From a virus: a DNA stretch of 64,000 bases. A program made the position numbers and the translations under genes. The stretch spans positions 27,239 to 91,238 of the IMG/VR virus record IMGVR_UViG_3300046318_000171. One strand, written 5' to 3'. Positions within the stretch are counted from its first letter, which is position 1, and every line of letters starts with the position of its first letter. The notes under the pieces were generated by a model. That model saw only the letters and a program-made list of their open reading frames with translations, ran no database searches and had not been told where the DNA came from. Positions 26,174 to 36,565 of the stretch are shown here, piece after piece.

Positions 26174-27212
26174 CTGTTCCTCCTACGAAACTATCTGGTG
26201 TACTCAAGATTTTATCCTTAAGTTCTTCTAGCAAGTCTACCTCTTCACGGATAGAGTTGACAAGACCTTCTGAGCCCTGCCACTTGCGTTCTCCGTAATA
26301 GTACCAACCACCCTTGCGGTCCACAATACCCTTGATGATGGCAAGTGATGCGGTTTCCTTGGCGGTGTCGAAGTCACCGGCAGCGTAGATGCTGTGAGGC
26401 GAGAAGTAGAAGTCGATGTACGCTACACGCTGCGGTGGGGCGGTCTTGTTCTTGATAGTACGAATCTTGATGCGCTGGCCTACACGTACCTTGTTGTTAC
26501 CTGAGCCAGTCTCAATCCACTCGTCACGACGTACCTCTGAACGGGTAAAGAAAGCGTAGTTCTTGCCTTCTCCACCTGGAGTGGTGCGTGGGTCTCCGTG
26601 CATCACACCAATCTTCATGCGGTACTGGTTGATGATTAGACCGAGTATTGGGCGTTCGTCCTCCACCAATGAACGTTTCATGGCAGCGCCCACTACTCGG
26701 AAGAACTTGTTAGTGAGAAGAGCACCACGGCCGACAGTCATTTCGTCCATGTTCTTCTCCATCTCAGGAGCAGGGCTTAGGGCAGGAAGAGAGTCAATAA
26801 CAATAGCGTCGACTGACTTCGATTCAGCAAAAGCAATAACTGCGTCATAAGCTTCCTCCATGATGTTGGTTTCTACAACAATAACTCTACTAGTGTCTAC
26901 GCCACACATGTCTGCGTACTCTGGAACCCACTGCTCTGCAGCAACCCACACAGTGGTGTGCTCTGGGTTTAGTTTCTGGTTGGCGGCGATGGTTTTGAGA
27001 GCAATCGCTGTCTTACCGTGCGACGGCTCCCCGATAAGTTCGTTCCACTGGTTAGCAGGAAAACCACCACCCAGGCAGTAGTCAAAAGTAGTAGAGCCAG
27101 TAGTAATACGCTTGATAAGGTCTGCACGGATGTTCTCTCCTACAACTACGACGTTTTCTCCAAACCGCTTATTAATAGCGGCCATAATCTTTTTAGCTTC
27201 AGCATTAATCAT
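26166..27212 (-). CDS. recA: RecA/UvsX recombinase
   Basis: GEPSHGKT, IVIDS, INQ.R.KIG.M.GDP.TTPGG, KNK.APP. Confidence 0.95.
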   Translation of the reverse strand: MINAEAKKIMAAINKRFGENVVVVGENIRADLIKRITTGSTTFDYCLGGGFPANQWNELIGEPSHGKTAIALKTIAANQKLNPEHTTVWVAAEQWVPEYADMCGVDTSRVIVVETNIMEEAYDAVIAFAESKSVDAIVIDSLPALSPAPEMEKNMDEMTVGRGALLTNKFFRVVGAAMKRSLVEDERPILGLIINQYRMKIGVMHGDPRTTPGGEGKNYAFFTRSEVRRDEWIETGSGNNKVRVGQRIKIRTIKNKTAPPQRVAYIDFYFSPHSIYAAGDFDTAKETASLAIIKGIVDRKGGWYYYGERKWQGSEGLVNSIREEVDLLEELKDKILSTPDSFVGGTDE

Positions 27213-27438
27213 CTGTGTTGTCTTCCTTGTTCTGAGTGAGTTTGTCGGCTATTTCAAGCAGCTCGTCGATACTTACTACGTCTCGGTCATGGAGGATTGC
27301 GTTGTGAACAGCATCCCCAAGTACGTGTGAAGCCTCCAGCAAGCCATCCCGCTTACCAAACCTGTACCCGTCCTGATAGTGGCGAATAACATCCTCCATC
27401 CATTGTTCGTCTGTCCAGTTACTACCACTGCTCGTCAA
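27205..27438 (-). CDS. Hypothetical protein
   Basis: Fills the gap. Confidence 0.6.
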   Translation of the reverse strand: MTSSGSNWTDEQWMEDVIRHYQDGYRFGKRDGLLEASHVLGDAVHNAILHDRDVVSIDELLEIADKLTQNKEDNTDD

Positions 27439-27868
27439 GAGGCTCTCCTAGGTTTATCAAGGCACATTCTGATGCCTTTACTTCAATGAACTTTTCGTTG
27501 TTAGTGTAAATCGTATTCTTAATGATAGTTGGGGCTGCGGATAATAGCAAGCCCGGCACTATCATTGCGTGTGTTCTTTCGTGGTTAAAAGTCACAAAGA
27601 AAGTTCTGTGCGGGTCTTTCAGGAACTTACGCTTGCGGTCAGAGTAGTGAAGGGTGTCGTACTGAAACTTTGGGCCCTTCCAGTTGTGCTTTACCTCAAC
27701 TTCAAAGCTGGTGTCATCACCGTAAGGGTCTGTAGATAGCACGTCGATTCCGTACTGGTCTGGGTTGACCCAGGCCTTCCAACCGTTAGCGTCAAGCAAC
27801 GCAATCAGTAGGTCTTTGGCGTTATCGTCGTTGCTGTAAAGTTCAGGGCTAAAGGGCTTTCCGGCCAT
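27422..27868 (-). CDS. PD-(D/E)XK nuclease-like protein
   Basis: YGIDV....FEVEVK. Confidence 0.65.
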   Translation of the reverse strand: MAGKPFSPELYSNDDNAKDLLIALLDANGWKAWVNPDQYGIDVLSTDPYGDDTSFEVEVKHNWKGPKFQYDTLHYSDRKRKFLKDPHRTFFVTFNHERTHAMIVPGLLLSAAPTIIKNTIYTNNEKFIEVKASECALINLGEPLDEQW

Positions 27869-28254
27869 TAGCCGTCAATCCTTCCAATGATTCCCTGGGG
27901 GTTCCAGTTGCTAGTGACGTCATTGCCTGTGGCCTGTTTCGCCGCACCTTCAACGTGTGCGCCAGCAAGCCCACCAAAGCGGCTACCCGACTGCTCAAGC
28001 GGGTACCCGCAGTCGAAACACCGTGGAGCTGCATTCTGAATTGCCATGAAGTTAGCCGACCCGCAGTCAGGACACGAAGCAGTCTGCGAAGAGGACGGAA
28101 GCTGACGGGTTTGCGGCTGATTAGGCTGAAACGTGGGCATCGGCTGCAATGGCTGCTGCGATGGAGGCATCGGTATGTTGTTTACTGGACGACCAACTTG
28201 CGGCTGGTTGCCCTGCTGAGCTAACTTGTTTGCCCACCAATCTGCGTTGTTCAT
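27868..28254 (-). CDS. Pro/Gln-rich zinc-ribbon protein
   Basis: CPDC..CFDCGYP. Confidence 0.75.
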   Translation of the reverse strand: MNNADWWANKLAQQGNQPQVGRPVNNIPMPPSQQPLQPMPTFQPNQPQTRQLPSSSQTASCPDCGSANFMAIQNAAPRCFDCGYPLEQSGSRFGGLAGAHVEGAAKQATGNDVTSNWNPQGIIGRIDG

Positions 28255-28661
28255 TTCTTGTGCTCCTTAGGGATTTCTAGTAGACCCATGTCAATCAACT
28301 GAGAGATAGAGCCCATTAGCGCAGAGATAGAAATCTGCTCCATCATGTTCTTGCTCTCCAACCAGATTTCATCTGGAAGACCTTTTAACTCCTCGGCGGT
28401 ATTCAGCCTCTGAAACTCAGTAGAGCCTTCAGCAATTAAGTGTGAGTGAGAGTACAACACAGGGATAAGGTAAGAAATCTTCTCGACTCTTTTGTCGCTT
28501 TCCTTCTCTTCTTTGTGCTGCACTTCGTCGCTTAGAACGCTGCAACCAAGTAAGACGCTAAGTTCGTGAGCGTCGTTTATCTGTGAGTCCAGTATGAACC
28601 CACGGATGCGGCTAGACATGTCAGCCAACGTCAGCTTTGGCTTCTTCTTGCGCTTAAACAT
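28251..28661 (-). CDS. Hypothetical protein
   Basis: Coupled ORF. Confidence 0.7.
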   Translation of the reverse strand: MFKRKKKPKLTLADMSSRIRGFILDSQINDAHELSVLLGCSVLSDEVQHKEEKESDKRVEKISYLIPVLYSHSHLIAEGSTEFQRLNTAEELKGLPDEIWLESKNMMEQISISALMGSISQLIDMGLLEIPKEHKK

Positions 28662-30661
28662 TACTTAGCCTCACCCCACTTATCGACAACGTATACCTCG
28701 GCCTTTAGTGGGACAGTAATCTGAGACAAGGTAATGCCTTCCATAGAATTACGAATAGCCTCGGCCACTTCTTCCGCCCTGTCTTCCGGTGCAATAGTTA
28801 CAAGTTCGTCGTGAACTGTAAGAATAAGATTAACATCAGGCTCGTCAATAAAGCAAGAGTGTGCACGCACCAAAGCCAACTTCATCAAGTCTGCAGCAGA
28901 CCCCTGAATCATGGTGTTGAACGCCTGACGCTCTGCACGACCCAACATGCTGAAGTCCTTAGAGTTCAACTCAGGGATGTAGCGACGGCGACCAAACATC
29001 GTCTCAACAAAAGGAATAGGACCAGCCTGCTTAGCCTGACGAATAACCTTTGCCTTGTACTTCTCAATAGATGCAAACTTCTGCTCAAAACGCTTTAGCA
29101 AGTCCTTTGCCTCAGCCAAGGTACACCCGATAGATGACGCAATCTTGTCAGGCCCAACACCATACGAGATAGCGAGAACAAGTACCTTACCGGCTTTACG
29201 GTCAACGCCCATGGTGTCACCGATAGTCGTGTAAACGTCTCCACCAGTCAGGTAGTTCTCACAAAGAACAGGGTCAGCAGAGAACGATGCGATTACTCGT
29301 GGCTCAATCTGAGAGTAGTCGGCCACAACCAGTTTGTAGCCAGGAGGAGCTACAAACAGGTTGCGGACCAACTTGCCGTAATCTCCAGACGAGGGGATGT
29401 TCTGGAGGTTTGGTTCTGAAGAAGAGAAACGGCCTGTCTCTGCTCCGTGAGCCTTGAAGTTAGTGTGAACACGTCCGTTGATAAGCAGAGACTTCTTCTC
29501 AGTAATCTTCTCTTTACCATTGGTTGTGCGCTTTACAGAGCCCCCCGTGTAAGGAGTTACGTAAGTGGTCATGAGCTTGTTCAAGTCCTGGTACTCCAGT
29601 AGGGCGTCAACTAGTTCGTCTTTACCACGGTAGTACTCAAGGGCGTCAGCAGACACAGAGAAGTGCGCAGCAGTTAGGTCAGCGCCGTTCTTCTTAGCCT
29701 CTGCTCCCTTAGGGGTCAGCGTGTTCTTAAACTTAGGGTTAGGAGTGATGCGAGCCTTCTTGCCGTCTTCACCAACAAATAGAAGGTTCTGCTTGGCAGG
29801 AACCGAGTTGATAGCGAACGCCTTACCCGCAGCCTTGTAGCAACGAGCCTCGGCGTCCATCTTGCCCTTCTCGATTTCTTTAGCAAGAATCTCCAAGGCG
29901 TCCTGGTCGATGTACGCACCGGCAAGCTCCATGTCGCACAGAGCAGGGAGAACGTCCATCTCCAACTTCCAAACCTTCTTAAGGTTCCCTACAATCTTTG
30001 GCTCGAGTGCCTTGTAGAGTTTCCAAGTTACCTCAGCATCGATGCCCGAGTACTTAGCCACATCGCTAAACGAGTGAAGGGCAACGTTCTCTCCAACACC
30101 CTTCTCGACTTCAATACCTAGTTCACGCTTGACACACGCAGCAAGACCTAGGTCAAACTTGTTGAGGTTGTTTACAATGAACGCTGCCATAAGCGTGTCG
30201 AAGTGTGGCTTAGGTGGGACTGTGCCACCGTAGTACTTAGCAATTGACTTGAGGTCGAACTTTGCGTTGTGGGCAACCTTTAGGGCAGAACCAAACATGA
30301 TTGGCTTGATTGCGTCAAACACCTGGCGTGGGGTCAACTGTGCAGGAGCCTCGCCAAACTTAGCGGTCCACTTGCGCTGGTCCTTTGAGTAGTGGCTCTC
30401 TAGTAGCGGCTTGCCTTCAGCAAGACGGCGCTGGCCAGCAAGCATAAGTGGCTTGTCATACCCCACTAGTTCACCGTTAGGGTGACCCATAGGGATAACG
30501 TCGGTGCGGCCATCGGTCGCAAATGAAATCCAGCATACGTCATTGATAACTGGGTATAGACGGTCTTCGCCAATGGTCTCTGTGTCCCATGCGAACGCAT
30601 CTACTTTTGAATAAAAGTCTACGAACTCTTTTAACTGTTCTGGTGTTGTGATTATGTTCAT
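28661..30661 (-). CDS. polA: Family A DNA polymerase (3'-5' exonuclease plus polymerase domains)
   Basis: DTET, HNAKFD, TGRFSSSEPNLQNIP, ADYSQIE.R, K...LAISYG, IQGSAAD, VHDEL. Confidence 0.96.
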   Translation of the reverse strand: MNIITTPEQLKEFVDFYSKVDAFAWDTETIGEDRLYPVINDVCWISFATDGRTDVIPMGHPNGELVGYDKPLMLAGQRRLAEGKPLLESHYSKDQRKWTAKFGEAPAQLTPRQVFDAIKPIMFGSALKVAHNAKFDLKSIAKYYGGTVPPKPHFDTLMAAFIVNNLNKFDLGLAACVKRELGIEVEKGVGENVALHSFSDVAKYSGIDAEVTWKLYKALEPKIVGNLKKVWKLEMDVLPALCDMELAGAYIDQDALEILAKEIEKGKMDAEARCYKAAGKAFAINSVPAKQNLLFVGEDGKKARITPNPKFKNTLTPKGAEAKKNGADLTAAHFSVSADALEYYRGKDELVDALLEYQDLNKLMTTYVTPYTGGSVKRTTNGKEKITEKKSLLINGRVHTNFKAHGAETGRFSSSEPNLQNIPSSGDYGKLVRNLFVAPPGYKLVVADYSQIEPRVIASFSADPVLCENYLTGGDVYTTIGDTMGVDRKAGKVLVLAISYGVGPDKIASSIGCTLAEAKDLLKRFEQKFASIEKYKAKVIRQAKQAGPIPFVETMFGRRRYIPELNSKDFSMLGRAERQAFNTMIQGSAADLMKLALVRAHSCFIDEPDVNLILTVHDELVTIAPEDRAEEVAEAIRNSMEGITLSQITVPLKAEVYVVDKWGEAK

Positions 30662-30682
30662 GTTTGCCCTAAAGAAGATTAT

Positions 30683-30713
30683 AGGGGGCTGAGGTACAAA
30701 ACCCCAGCCCCCT
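30683..30713 (-). terminator. GC-rich hairpin between the ssDNA-binding gene and polA
   Basis: AGGGGGCTG/CAGCCCCCT stem. Confidence 0.65.
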
Positions 30714-30724
30714 TGGTGAGAGGA

Positions 30725-31375
30725 TTAAGCGACTAGTGCACGAGCAACGTCAAGCAACTCTTCACGAGGGCTGATGTAAATTGCTTTGGTGTCGTACTTA
30801 ACAGCCTTGGCCGCAACAGCGTCAAGGTCGTCCGCATCCAACTCCCACTCTTCAGCAAGGTCTGTGGCACGTACACGCTCAAGGGTGTACTGAGTGTCAC
30901 GGCCCATGCCTAGACGTGATACTGACCAGTAGTACTTGGTCAATGGTCCACGACGAGGGTCATCGCTGGCAGCCTGTAGCTGGCGTGCCATGGTAATAGG
31001 TACAGTCATAATCTGTACTTCAGGGGTTCCATCCGAGAAACCTAGGATGTTAAACGCAAAACGAGCACGAGGCTTGTCTCCTGCAATGGTGCATAGAGGG
31101 CACTCGTCACCTAGACAGACGAAAGACTTGCGGCCTTCACGGTCAATCCAGTGCTGTTCGTAAACCATAAATGGTGCGTCGTCAAGGAAACGTACTAGCT
31201 GTGCCTGGTCCGAGAACTTAAAGTCGGTGGCGTAAGCGTTGCTCTTTTCCTTTGGCTTTAGGAACGCAGATGCTGCTTCCCATCCAGCCTGTACTGTGGT
31301 GCCGTGCTTTGGCTTGGCATCTACGCTGTCTTCAGTAAGGTACTGGTCAGCATCAATAGTTGGGTTAGTAACCAT
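30725..31375 (-). CDS. Putative gp32-like ssDNA-binding protein
   Basis: VRFLDD.P...QHW...C...CPLC; next to polA. Confidence 0.65.
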   Translation of the reverse strand: MVTNPTIDADQYLTEDSVDAKPKHGTTVQAGWEAASAFLKPKEKSNAYATDFKFSDQAQLVRFLDDAPFMVYEQHWIDREGRKSFVCLGDECPLCTIAGDKPRARFAFNILGFSDGTPEVQIMTVPITMARQLQAASDDPRRGPLTKYYWSVSRLGMGRDTQYTLERVRATDLAEEWELDADDLDAVAAKAVKYDTKAIYISPREELLDVARALVA

Positions 31376-31426
31376 GGTGTTTGTTTCTTTCTAATCGGCC
31401 TTATCGGCATTTTGTCGGGGAGTCGG

Positions 31427-31900
31427 TTAACTCCCGGTTTCTTCCTTCCATCGGCGAACTAACGCCTCTGTGAGGTCTTCATGCTTTTTCCACTCTACAC
31501 GAGCAGAGCCAAGAAGTCTACGACGTGCAAACTCCTCGATAGCAATCTCAATGAGCTTTCGTGTGTAAACACGATTACCTAATACCTTTTTACCGTTTAA
31601 ACTCTTAGAGCGCAAGCGGTATGGAGCGTTAGGTATGTAGCCTTTTTTCTCCCATAGTCTAATAGTGACAATCTCTTTTTCCAAGGCCGCTGAAAGAGCG
31701 CCGATGGTAAACAGTTCTGTCTCTACTCCTTTGAGAGTTTTGATGATTGGGTCTGCGTCCCAACCGTTTGATTCTCCAATCGCTTTCTTCTTGCGTTTCT
31801 CAGAAAGCTCTGAAGGCTCACGGCGTGGCTGCTTAGACCCAGGTGCACGGTCTAGTCCCTCAAATGACTTGAGGATATCAGCTTCGCCACGAATAACCAT
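31427..31900 (-). CDS. MerR-like HTH DNA-binding protein
   Basis: FTIGAL..AL....TIR.WE.KG.IP...R.YT. Confidence 0.75.
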   Translation of the reverse strand: MVIRGEADILKSFEGLDRAPGSKQPRREPSELSEKRKKKAIGESNGWDADPIIKTLKGVETELFTIGALSAALEKEIVTIRLWEKKGYIPNAPYRLRSKSLNGKKVLGNRVYTRKLIEIAIEEFARRRLLGSARVEWKKHEDLTEALVRRWKEETGS

Positions 31901-31901
31901 T

Positions 31902-32348
31902 TTAACTCTTCAGTGTTCTTAGTGCCCAGACTACGTTACTAGGGAACATCTCGTCAAGCTGTTCCTCAGTAATCTTACCTTCGTAGAAAGCAGCCATCAA
32001 CTTATCTTCGTCTAGAACAGGAGTCATTACAAAAATTTCGTCCTTAAGTCCTAGCTCAGAAAGAATCTCGTCTGCCTTAGGCTCGTTGAGTTTACGAGTG
32101 ACACGGCGCTGCTTTTCCAAACGCACAATGCCGTCAATGTCAGAACCGAGTTCAAGCTGAACGTTGCCTCTGTCATCTTCGTAACCATCTTCATCTAGAT
32201 GGGCAAATAGTTTATCACGGAGCTCCTTTGAGCGGGTCTCCATCTGGTCAATGTTTTTCTTGACATACAGGTACTCTTTTACCTGCCCGGCGATGTCGTC
32301 AGGGTTTAGAACAATGTCACGCAGTTCTTCTTCAATTCTTTTTGCCAT
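31902..32348 (-). CDS. Hypothetical protein (coiled-coil N-terminus)
   Basis: SD GGAGG. Confidence 0.75.
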   Translation of the reverse strand: MAKRIEEELRDIVLNPDDIAGQVKEYLYVKKNIDQMETRSKELRDKLFAHLDEDGYEDDRGNVQLELGSDIDGIVRLEKQRRVTRKLNEPKADEILSELGLKDEIFVMTPVLDEDKLMAAFYEGKITEEQLDEMFPSNVVWALRTLKS

Positions 32349-32357
32349 TAGGCCCTC

Positions 32358-33923
32358 CTAATTTGATTTGCTAAGGAAGTCTATCAAACTTCCAACAGTA
32401 AGGTCAACCCCACCTTTTTCGTTGATACCAGCACCATCTAGGATGGCTCCGGCGATGTCGCTCTTCTGTTTCAACATATCGTACTGGCGTTGCTCAATGG
32501 AGTCAAGTACCAGTATGTCTTGGATTGTGATGCTTGGCCAGGTGCTAGAGGCCCTGTTAATTCTGCCGTTGCGCTGCACTGCAAGCCCGGCGCTCCAAGG
32601 TTGGTCGTAGTTTACAAGGAGGTTCGCTTGAGGTAGGTCAACACCATAACCACCAGCGTCACTGCTAACCAGAACACGGCAAGTTGGGCTCGTTTGGAAA
32701 GTGACTTTAGCTTCTTCTTTTTGTTTTGCATTCATTTCTCCCGTATACCCAACCGCCATGTATCCAGCGTTCTCCAGGTTAGCGACAATGTCCCATACTG
32801 AAGTAACGTAACTAGAGAATACCACGGCTTTGTAGCTTGGGTCGATGTCAAGATGGTCTTTTAGATAATCAATTAGAGTGTCACGCTTTGGGGCCTTAGT
32901 TAGTTCGTGAACCTTATCCGCCAAAGAATGGATGTAAGCACTGCCTTTTCCGTTGTGAGCCTCAAAGTTGCTGACGCTTTCTACCAGCGTAGAGAACCCC
33001 GAGCACAGCATTCGCATTGCGCCAATCCTTGACATGATTTGCCCCCGCAGTTCATTTGCCGGGTCTCCTGGGTCGTACTGTTGGCCGTAGTGTGACGCCA
33101 CATTAAACGATGAACCAAACATATCACGAGCCTCCGACAAAACAGTCTTTAGGTCTTCAGCGATTAGGTTGTAAAGTTTTTGAGACTTGCTGTCTAGCTT
33201 TACCAACAAAGGTTCACGGTAGATGGCGTCAGGAAGGTACGGCTTAACGTCGTCGTCTTTTTGAGACTTACGTACCGAAAAAGCTTGGAGCTTTGTGTGC
33301 AACAGTTCAAGGTTGCGGTAACGTTGGACTCCGCCAAAGTAGTTGCGGACTATGAACGTTTTGTCAAAGATGTCGAAGCGCCCAAGAACTTGAGAGTTGA
33401 CGAACTGCATGATGGAGAAAATCTCCTCAGGCTTTCCGTTCTCTATCGGTGTTCCTGTGAGTGCAAATCTGATAGGTATTCTTTTTGCAATCTCTTTAAC
33501 TCTTTTAGCTCGCTTAGCCTTGAATCCCTTGATAGCCGTAGCTTCATCACAAATGATTGCACTAAACGCAAAAGTTTTAATAGTATCCCAGTCATTTACA
33601 ACCTGTTCGTAGTTCATGATTACGTAGTCGTAATCGGTGTGTGTGTCGTATTGCGCTTGACGTTGCTTAGGGGTTCCGTCAATAACTATGGCGGTGGAGT
33701 CGCTAAACTTAGCAACTTCCTTTTGCCATTGGTATTTCAAACTAGAAAGGCACAGTACTAGAACGGTGTTCTTTACTTGCCCTGCGTCTCTCAGTGTTTC
33801 TACTGCAGCAATGGTCATAGGGGTTTTGCCCAAGCCCATTTCGTAAGCCACAAGGATGGTCTGTGTTTTGACCATCTTTGCTACTGCTTCTTCTTGGTAC
33901 GGTTTTAGTGTTCCCTTAAACAT
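32358..33923 (-). CDS. SNF2-family helicase (start revised to 33923)
   Basis: EMGLGKT, DEAT, LTGTPIEN, GYGVDL, QRNGRI.R. Confidence 0.9.
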   Translation of the reverse strand: MFKGTLKPYQEEAVAKMVKTQTILVAYEMGLGKTPMTIAAVETLRDAGQVKNTVLVLCLSSLKYQWQKEVAKFSDSTAIVIDGTPKQRQAQYDTHTDYDYVIMNYEQVVNDWDTIKTFAFSAIICDEATAIKGFKAKRAKRVKEIAKRIPIRFALTGTPIENGKPEEIFSIMQFVNSQVLGRFDIFDKTFIVRNYFGGVQRYRNLELLHTKLQAFSVRKSQKDDDVKPYLPDAIYREPLLVKLDSKSQKLYNLIAEDLKTVLSEARDMFGSSFNVASHYGQQYDPGDPANELRGQIMSRIGAMRMLCSGFSTLVESVSNFEAHNGKGSAYIHSLADKVHELTKAPKRDTLIDYLKDHLDIDPSYKAVVFSSYVTSVWDIVANLENAGYMAVGYTGEMNAKQKEEAKVTFQTSPTCRVLVSSDAGGYGVDLPQANLLVNYDQPWSAGLAVQRNGRINRASSTWPSITIQDILVLDSIEQRQYDMLKQKSDIAGAILDGAGINEKGGVDLTVGSLIDFLSKSN

Positions 33924-34884
33924 ACGCCTTTTCACCGAGTACTGACGACTTTGCATTCTGGATTCCCCATGCAATCTCGTCATCGGTGAGGTCGCCTGGG
34001 TCTTTCTTCCCAGTACTACCATAGTTGAAATACGAGAGGTTTAGGCCGTATTTACGGGCAAACTCCAGCATTTCTTTAGAAGCTTTCTTACCGGCGGTGT
34101 CGTTGTCGAAGGCAGCGATGATACGGTCAGAATAACGCAGCAACCTAATCTGCTCTGTGCTCGGTGACGAACCACAGATTGCCACGGCGCTCTTGACCCC
34201 TGCGCTAAACAGCCGTAGGCAGTCCAAGGGGGACTCTACAACCACAACTAGGTCTTCCTGCTGGTTATCTAGTCCAAAGAGCGTCTTGGACTTCTGAAGG
34301 CCTGTAGGACGGTTAAAAAAGGTTCGCTGCAGAGTACCCTTCTCCTGCCAGCCCATCAACTCGTTAAAGTGCGGCTCACGTAGCGGCAGAATCCAGTTGG
34401 CCTTCTTTGGGTCCCACATAACGTGGTACGCCTTGGCAGCCTCAGCGGTAATGTTCCTGCCGTCTAAAGCCTCCTGAGGTGGCTCCGTAAAAAGCACCAG
34501 ACGAGCCTCAGACATAGGAACAGGCTTTGGGTATGACTCCACATAGTTTGGTAGGGCCCGAACAATCTCCATAAGCTTCTCTGGGGAGACCTCAATCTTC
34601 CCAGCCAGCCATTCTTCCGCAGCACGGTAGGCGTACACCACACCAGTAGATGTCTTGGTGTAGAACTGCATGACATCGCAGACTAGGTGGAGGATGTTCC
34701 CCTTGTAGCCACAAGAAAAGCAGATGTGCATTCCAGACTCAAGGTTTATCCACCAAGATGGGGAGTGGTCTTCCCTACCTGTACGAGCAAAGTGCGCAGG
34801 GCACAATGAGTTTGCCTCAAGAGAACGCACGTCATACTCTAGACCTAGGTTCTCAAGAACCTCTTCGACATTAAACTGACGCAT
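33916..34884 (-). CDS. DNA primase (CHC2 zinc finger plus TOPRIM)
   Basis: CPAH..CFSC; VVES.LD; FDND.AG; KDPGD. Confidence 0.9.
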   Translation of the reverse strand: MRQFNVEEVLENLGLEYDVRSLEANSLCPAHFARTGREDHSPSWWINLESGMHICFSCGYKGNILHLVCDVMQFYTKTSTGVVYAYRAAEEWLAGKIEVSPEKLMEIVRALPNYVESYPKPVPMSEARLVLFTEPPQEALDGRNITAEAAKAYHVMWDPKKANWILPLREPHFNELMGWQEKGTLQRTFFNRPTGLQKSKTLFGLDNQQEDLVVVVESPLDCLRLFSAGVKSAVAICGSSPSTEQIRLLRYSDRIIAAFDNDTAGKKASKEMLEFARKYGLNLSYFNYGSTGKKDPGDLTDDEIAWGIQNAKSSVLGEKAYV

Positions 34885-36131
34885 TAGTTACCAAACGGAC
34901 TGCAGAACTTGCAACCAACCTGCTTTGATTCGTCGTGGAAACAACCAGTGTCCCAACGCCAAGTAATCGAGGTCTCTGATGGGGGGCAGTTACGTGCCTG
35001 AACAACCTTAAGCAAACGAATCTCGTCGTCTTCTTCTACCGGCTCAAGACCAAGGATTACGTCAGAGTCCTGAAAGAATGATGACGAGTAACCGATTGAG
35101 TCTGCCGACACCTTGCCACCCTTCATCTTCCAAAGAAGAGTCTGGGTAGAGATAACGATTGGGATGTTCAACTTCTGTGCCACACGCTTTAGACCACGAG
35201 TGATGTTAGTCAAAGCCTGTGGAGTGTTGGCCTCACCAGTCACCTGGTCAAGCATCAAGTACACACCATCTACAAACAAGATGTCAGGGTTCAACTGCTC
35301 GGCCTTGGCCATCAACGAGTCGATAGTCAAACCGTTCACCGCATCCACTAGGTGGAAAGGCTTCTCGGTCTTAAGGTCGTCAAGGCGCTTTAGCAAACGG
35401 TCTTCTTCGGCTGTCTGCAACTTGCCTCGACGGAAACGAGCGTTTGAGATGTGGGAACTCAACGATAAATAACGCTGTGTCTGCTCGTGGTTGTTCATCT
35501 CAAACGACTGGAACATAGGCACTAGGCCTGCGGCGTGAACGTTCTCCGCCATCTGCAAACAAATCTGAGACTTACCCGTCTTAGGTGGGGCGATAACAGT
35601 AACTAACTGCCCACCCTGCAAACCTGCGGTTGCCTCGTCGATTTTCTCAAAGCCTGTAGGGACACCCAGCAACTTGCTGTTCTGCACGTCCTGATACTCG
35701 TCCCAGAACTTGTCTGGGTTAGCGGTAACGTCAACGTGGGTGGTGCCAATGATGCCCTGGTCGTTGACGATAGTGACCGTCTTAGACATCTCGTTTAGGG
35801 CACCGTCGTGGTCGTTCATCTCAACCTTGGAGATAACCTGCTCGATACCGTTACGGGTCAGGGTGCGACGGCGGTAAGCCACCATCGTGTCAATCAGGTA
35901 CTCAATCGCATCTTCTACGTTAAGTACTTTAAAGTTAGGGAAGTTGTCCACCACAGTGACTGCGGTCGGAACCTCACGGTAGTTGGCGTAGTGCTCACGA
36001 ACGAACTTCCACACTCGGCGGAGGTCGTCGTCTACAATCCAGTCGTCCTTGATGCCACGCTCAAGAACAGGAATGATGTTGCGGTCAGCAATCACCTTAC
36101 TGACTAAGCGGTACTCGTTATCGTATGCCAT
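34884..36131 (-). CDS. dnaB: DnaB-like replicative helicase
   Basis: PTGF..ID..T.GLQ.GQL, PKTGKS, FEM, VDG, QDSD. Confidence 0.92.
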   Translation of the reverse strand: MAYDNEYRLVSKVIADRNIIPVLERGIKDDWIVDDDLRRVWKFVREHYANYREVPTAVTVVDNFPNFKVLNVEDAIEYLIDTMVAYRRRTLTRNGIEQVISKVEMNDHDGALNEMSKTVTIVNDQGIIGTTHVDVTANPDKFWDEYQDVQNSKLLGVPTGFEKIDEATAGLQGGQLVTVIAPPKTGKSQICLQMAENVHAAGLVPMFQSFEMNNHEQTQRYLSLSSHISNARFRRGKLQTAEEDRLLKRLDDLKTEKPFHLVDAVNGLTIDSLMAKAEQLNPDILFVDGVYLMLDQVTGEANTPQALTNITRGLKRVAQKLNIPIVISTQTLLWKMKGGKVSADSIGYSSSFFQDSDVILGLEPVEEDDEIRLLKVVQARNCPPSETSITWRWDTGCFHDESKQVGCKFCSPFGN

Positions 36132-36148
36132 GTTTGCCCTCTGTTGTT

Positions 36149-36565
36149 CTACAAGTTCTCTAGTTCGATTCCAGCGGAACCGTACCTAGCAACTCTTTCT
36201 CTTAAATCTATTACGCCCTTCAGGTTGGTCCTGTAAGGCAGTTCACCAATGAAGTCATCAATGTCGGTGTAAAGCTCAGCGTAGTTGAAGGGGTTACCTC
36301 CACGACGCTCCAGTTTATCCATTATCTTATCTAGCAGTTCTTCTGTCCAGAGCTCGTTAGCAAAACCCGCTAACTCAACTGAAAGACCGAACTTGGAAGC
36401 GATGTTCCATAGGTGTGATAGTGCTGGGTTGTTGAGGCCGCTAAACACACGTTCCTGGCTAGTACGCATCATTTTGCGACTGTCCTGGACGTAAGTCTCG
36501 GCCACAACATCCACCACCACGATAATACGTGGAGATGTCTCGTTAGAAATATCTCCGTTAAGCAT
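36149..36565 (-). CDS. Hypothetical protein in the replication module
   Basis: Coupled ORF. Confidence 0.75.
   Translation of the reverse strand: MLNGDISNETSPRIIVVVDVVAETYVQDSRKMMRTSQERVFSGLNNPALSHLWNIASKFGLSVELAGFANELWTEELLDKIMDKLERRGGNPFNYAELYTDIDDFIGELPYRTNLKGVIDLRERVARYGSAGIELENL

Noticed and set aside
32358-33923. DEAT instead of DEAH as a sign of an inactive helicase
   Set aside because: All other SNF2 motifs are intact and DExx variation is common in phage helicases
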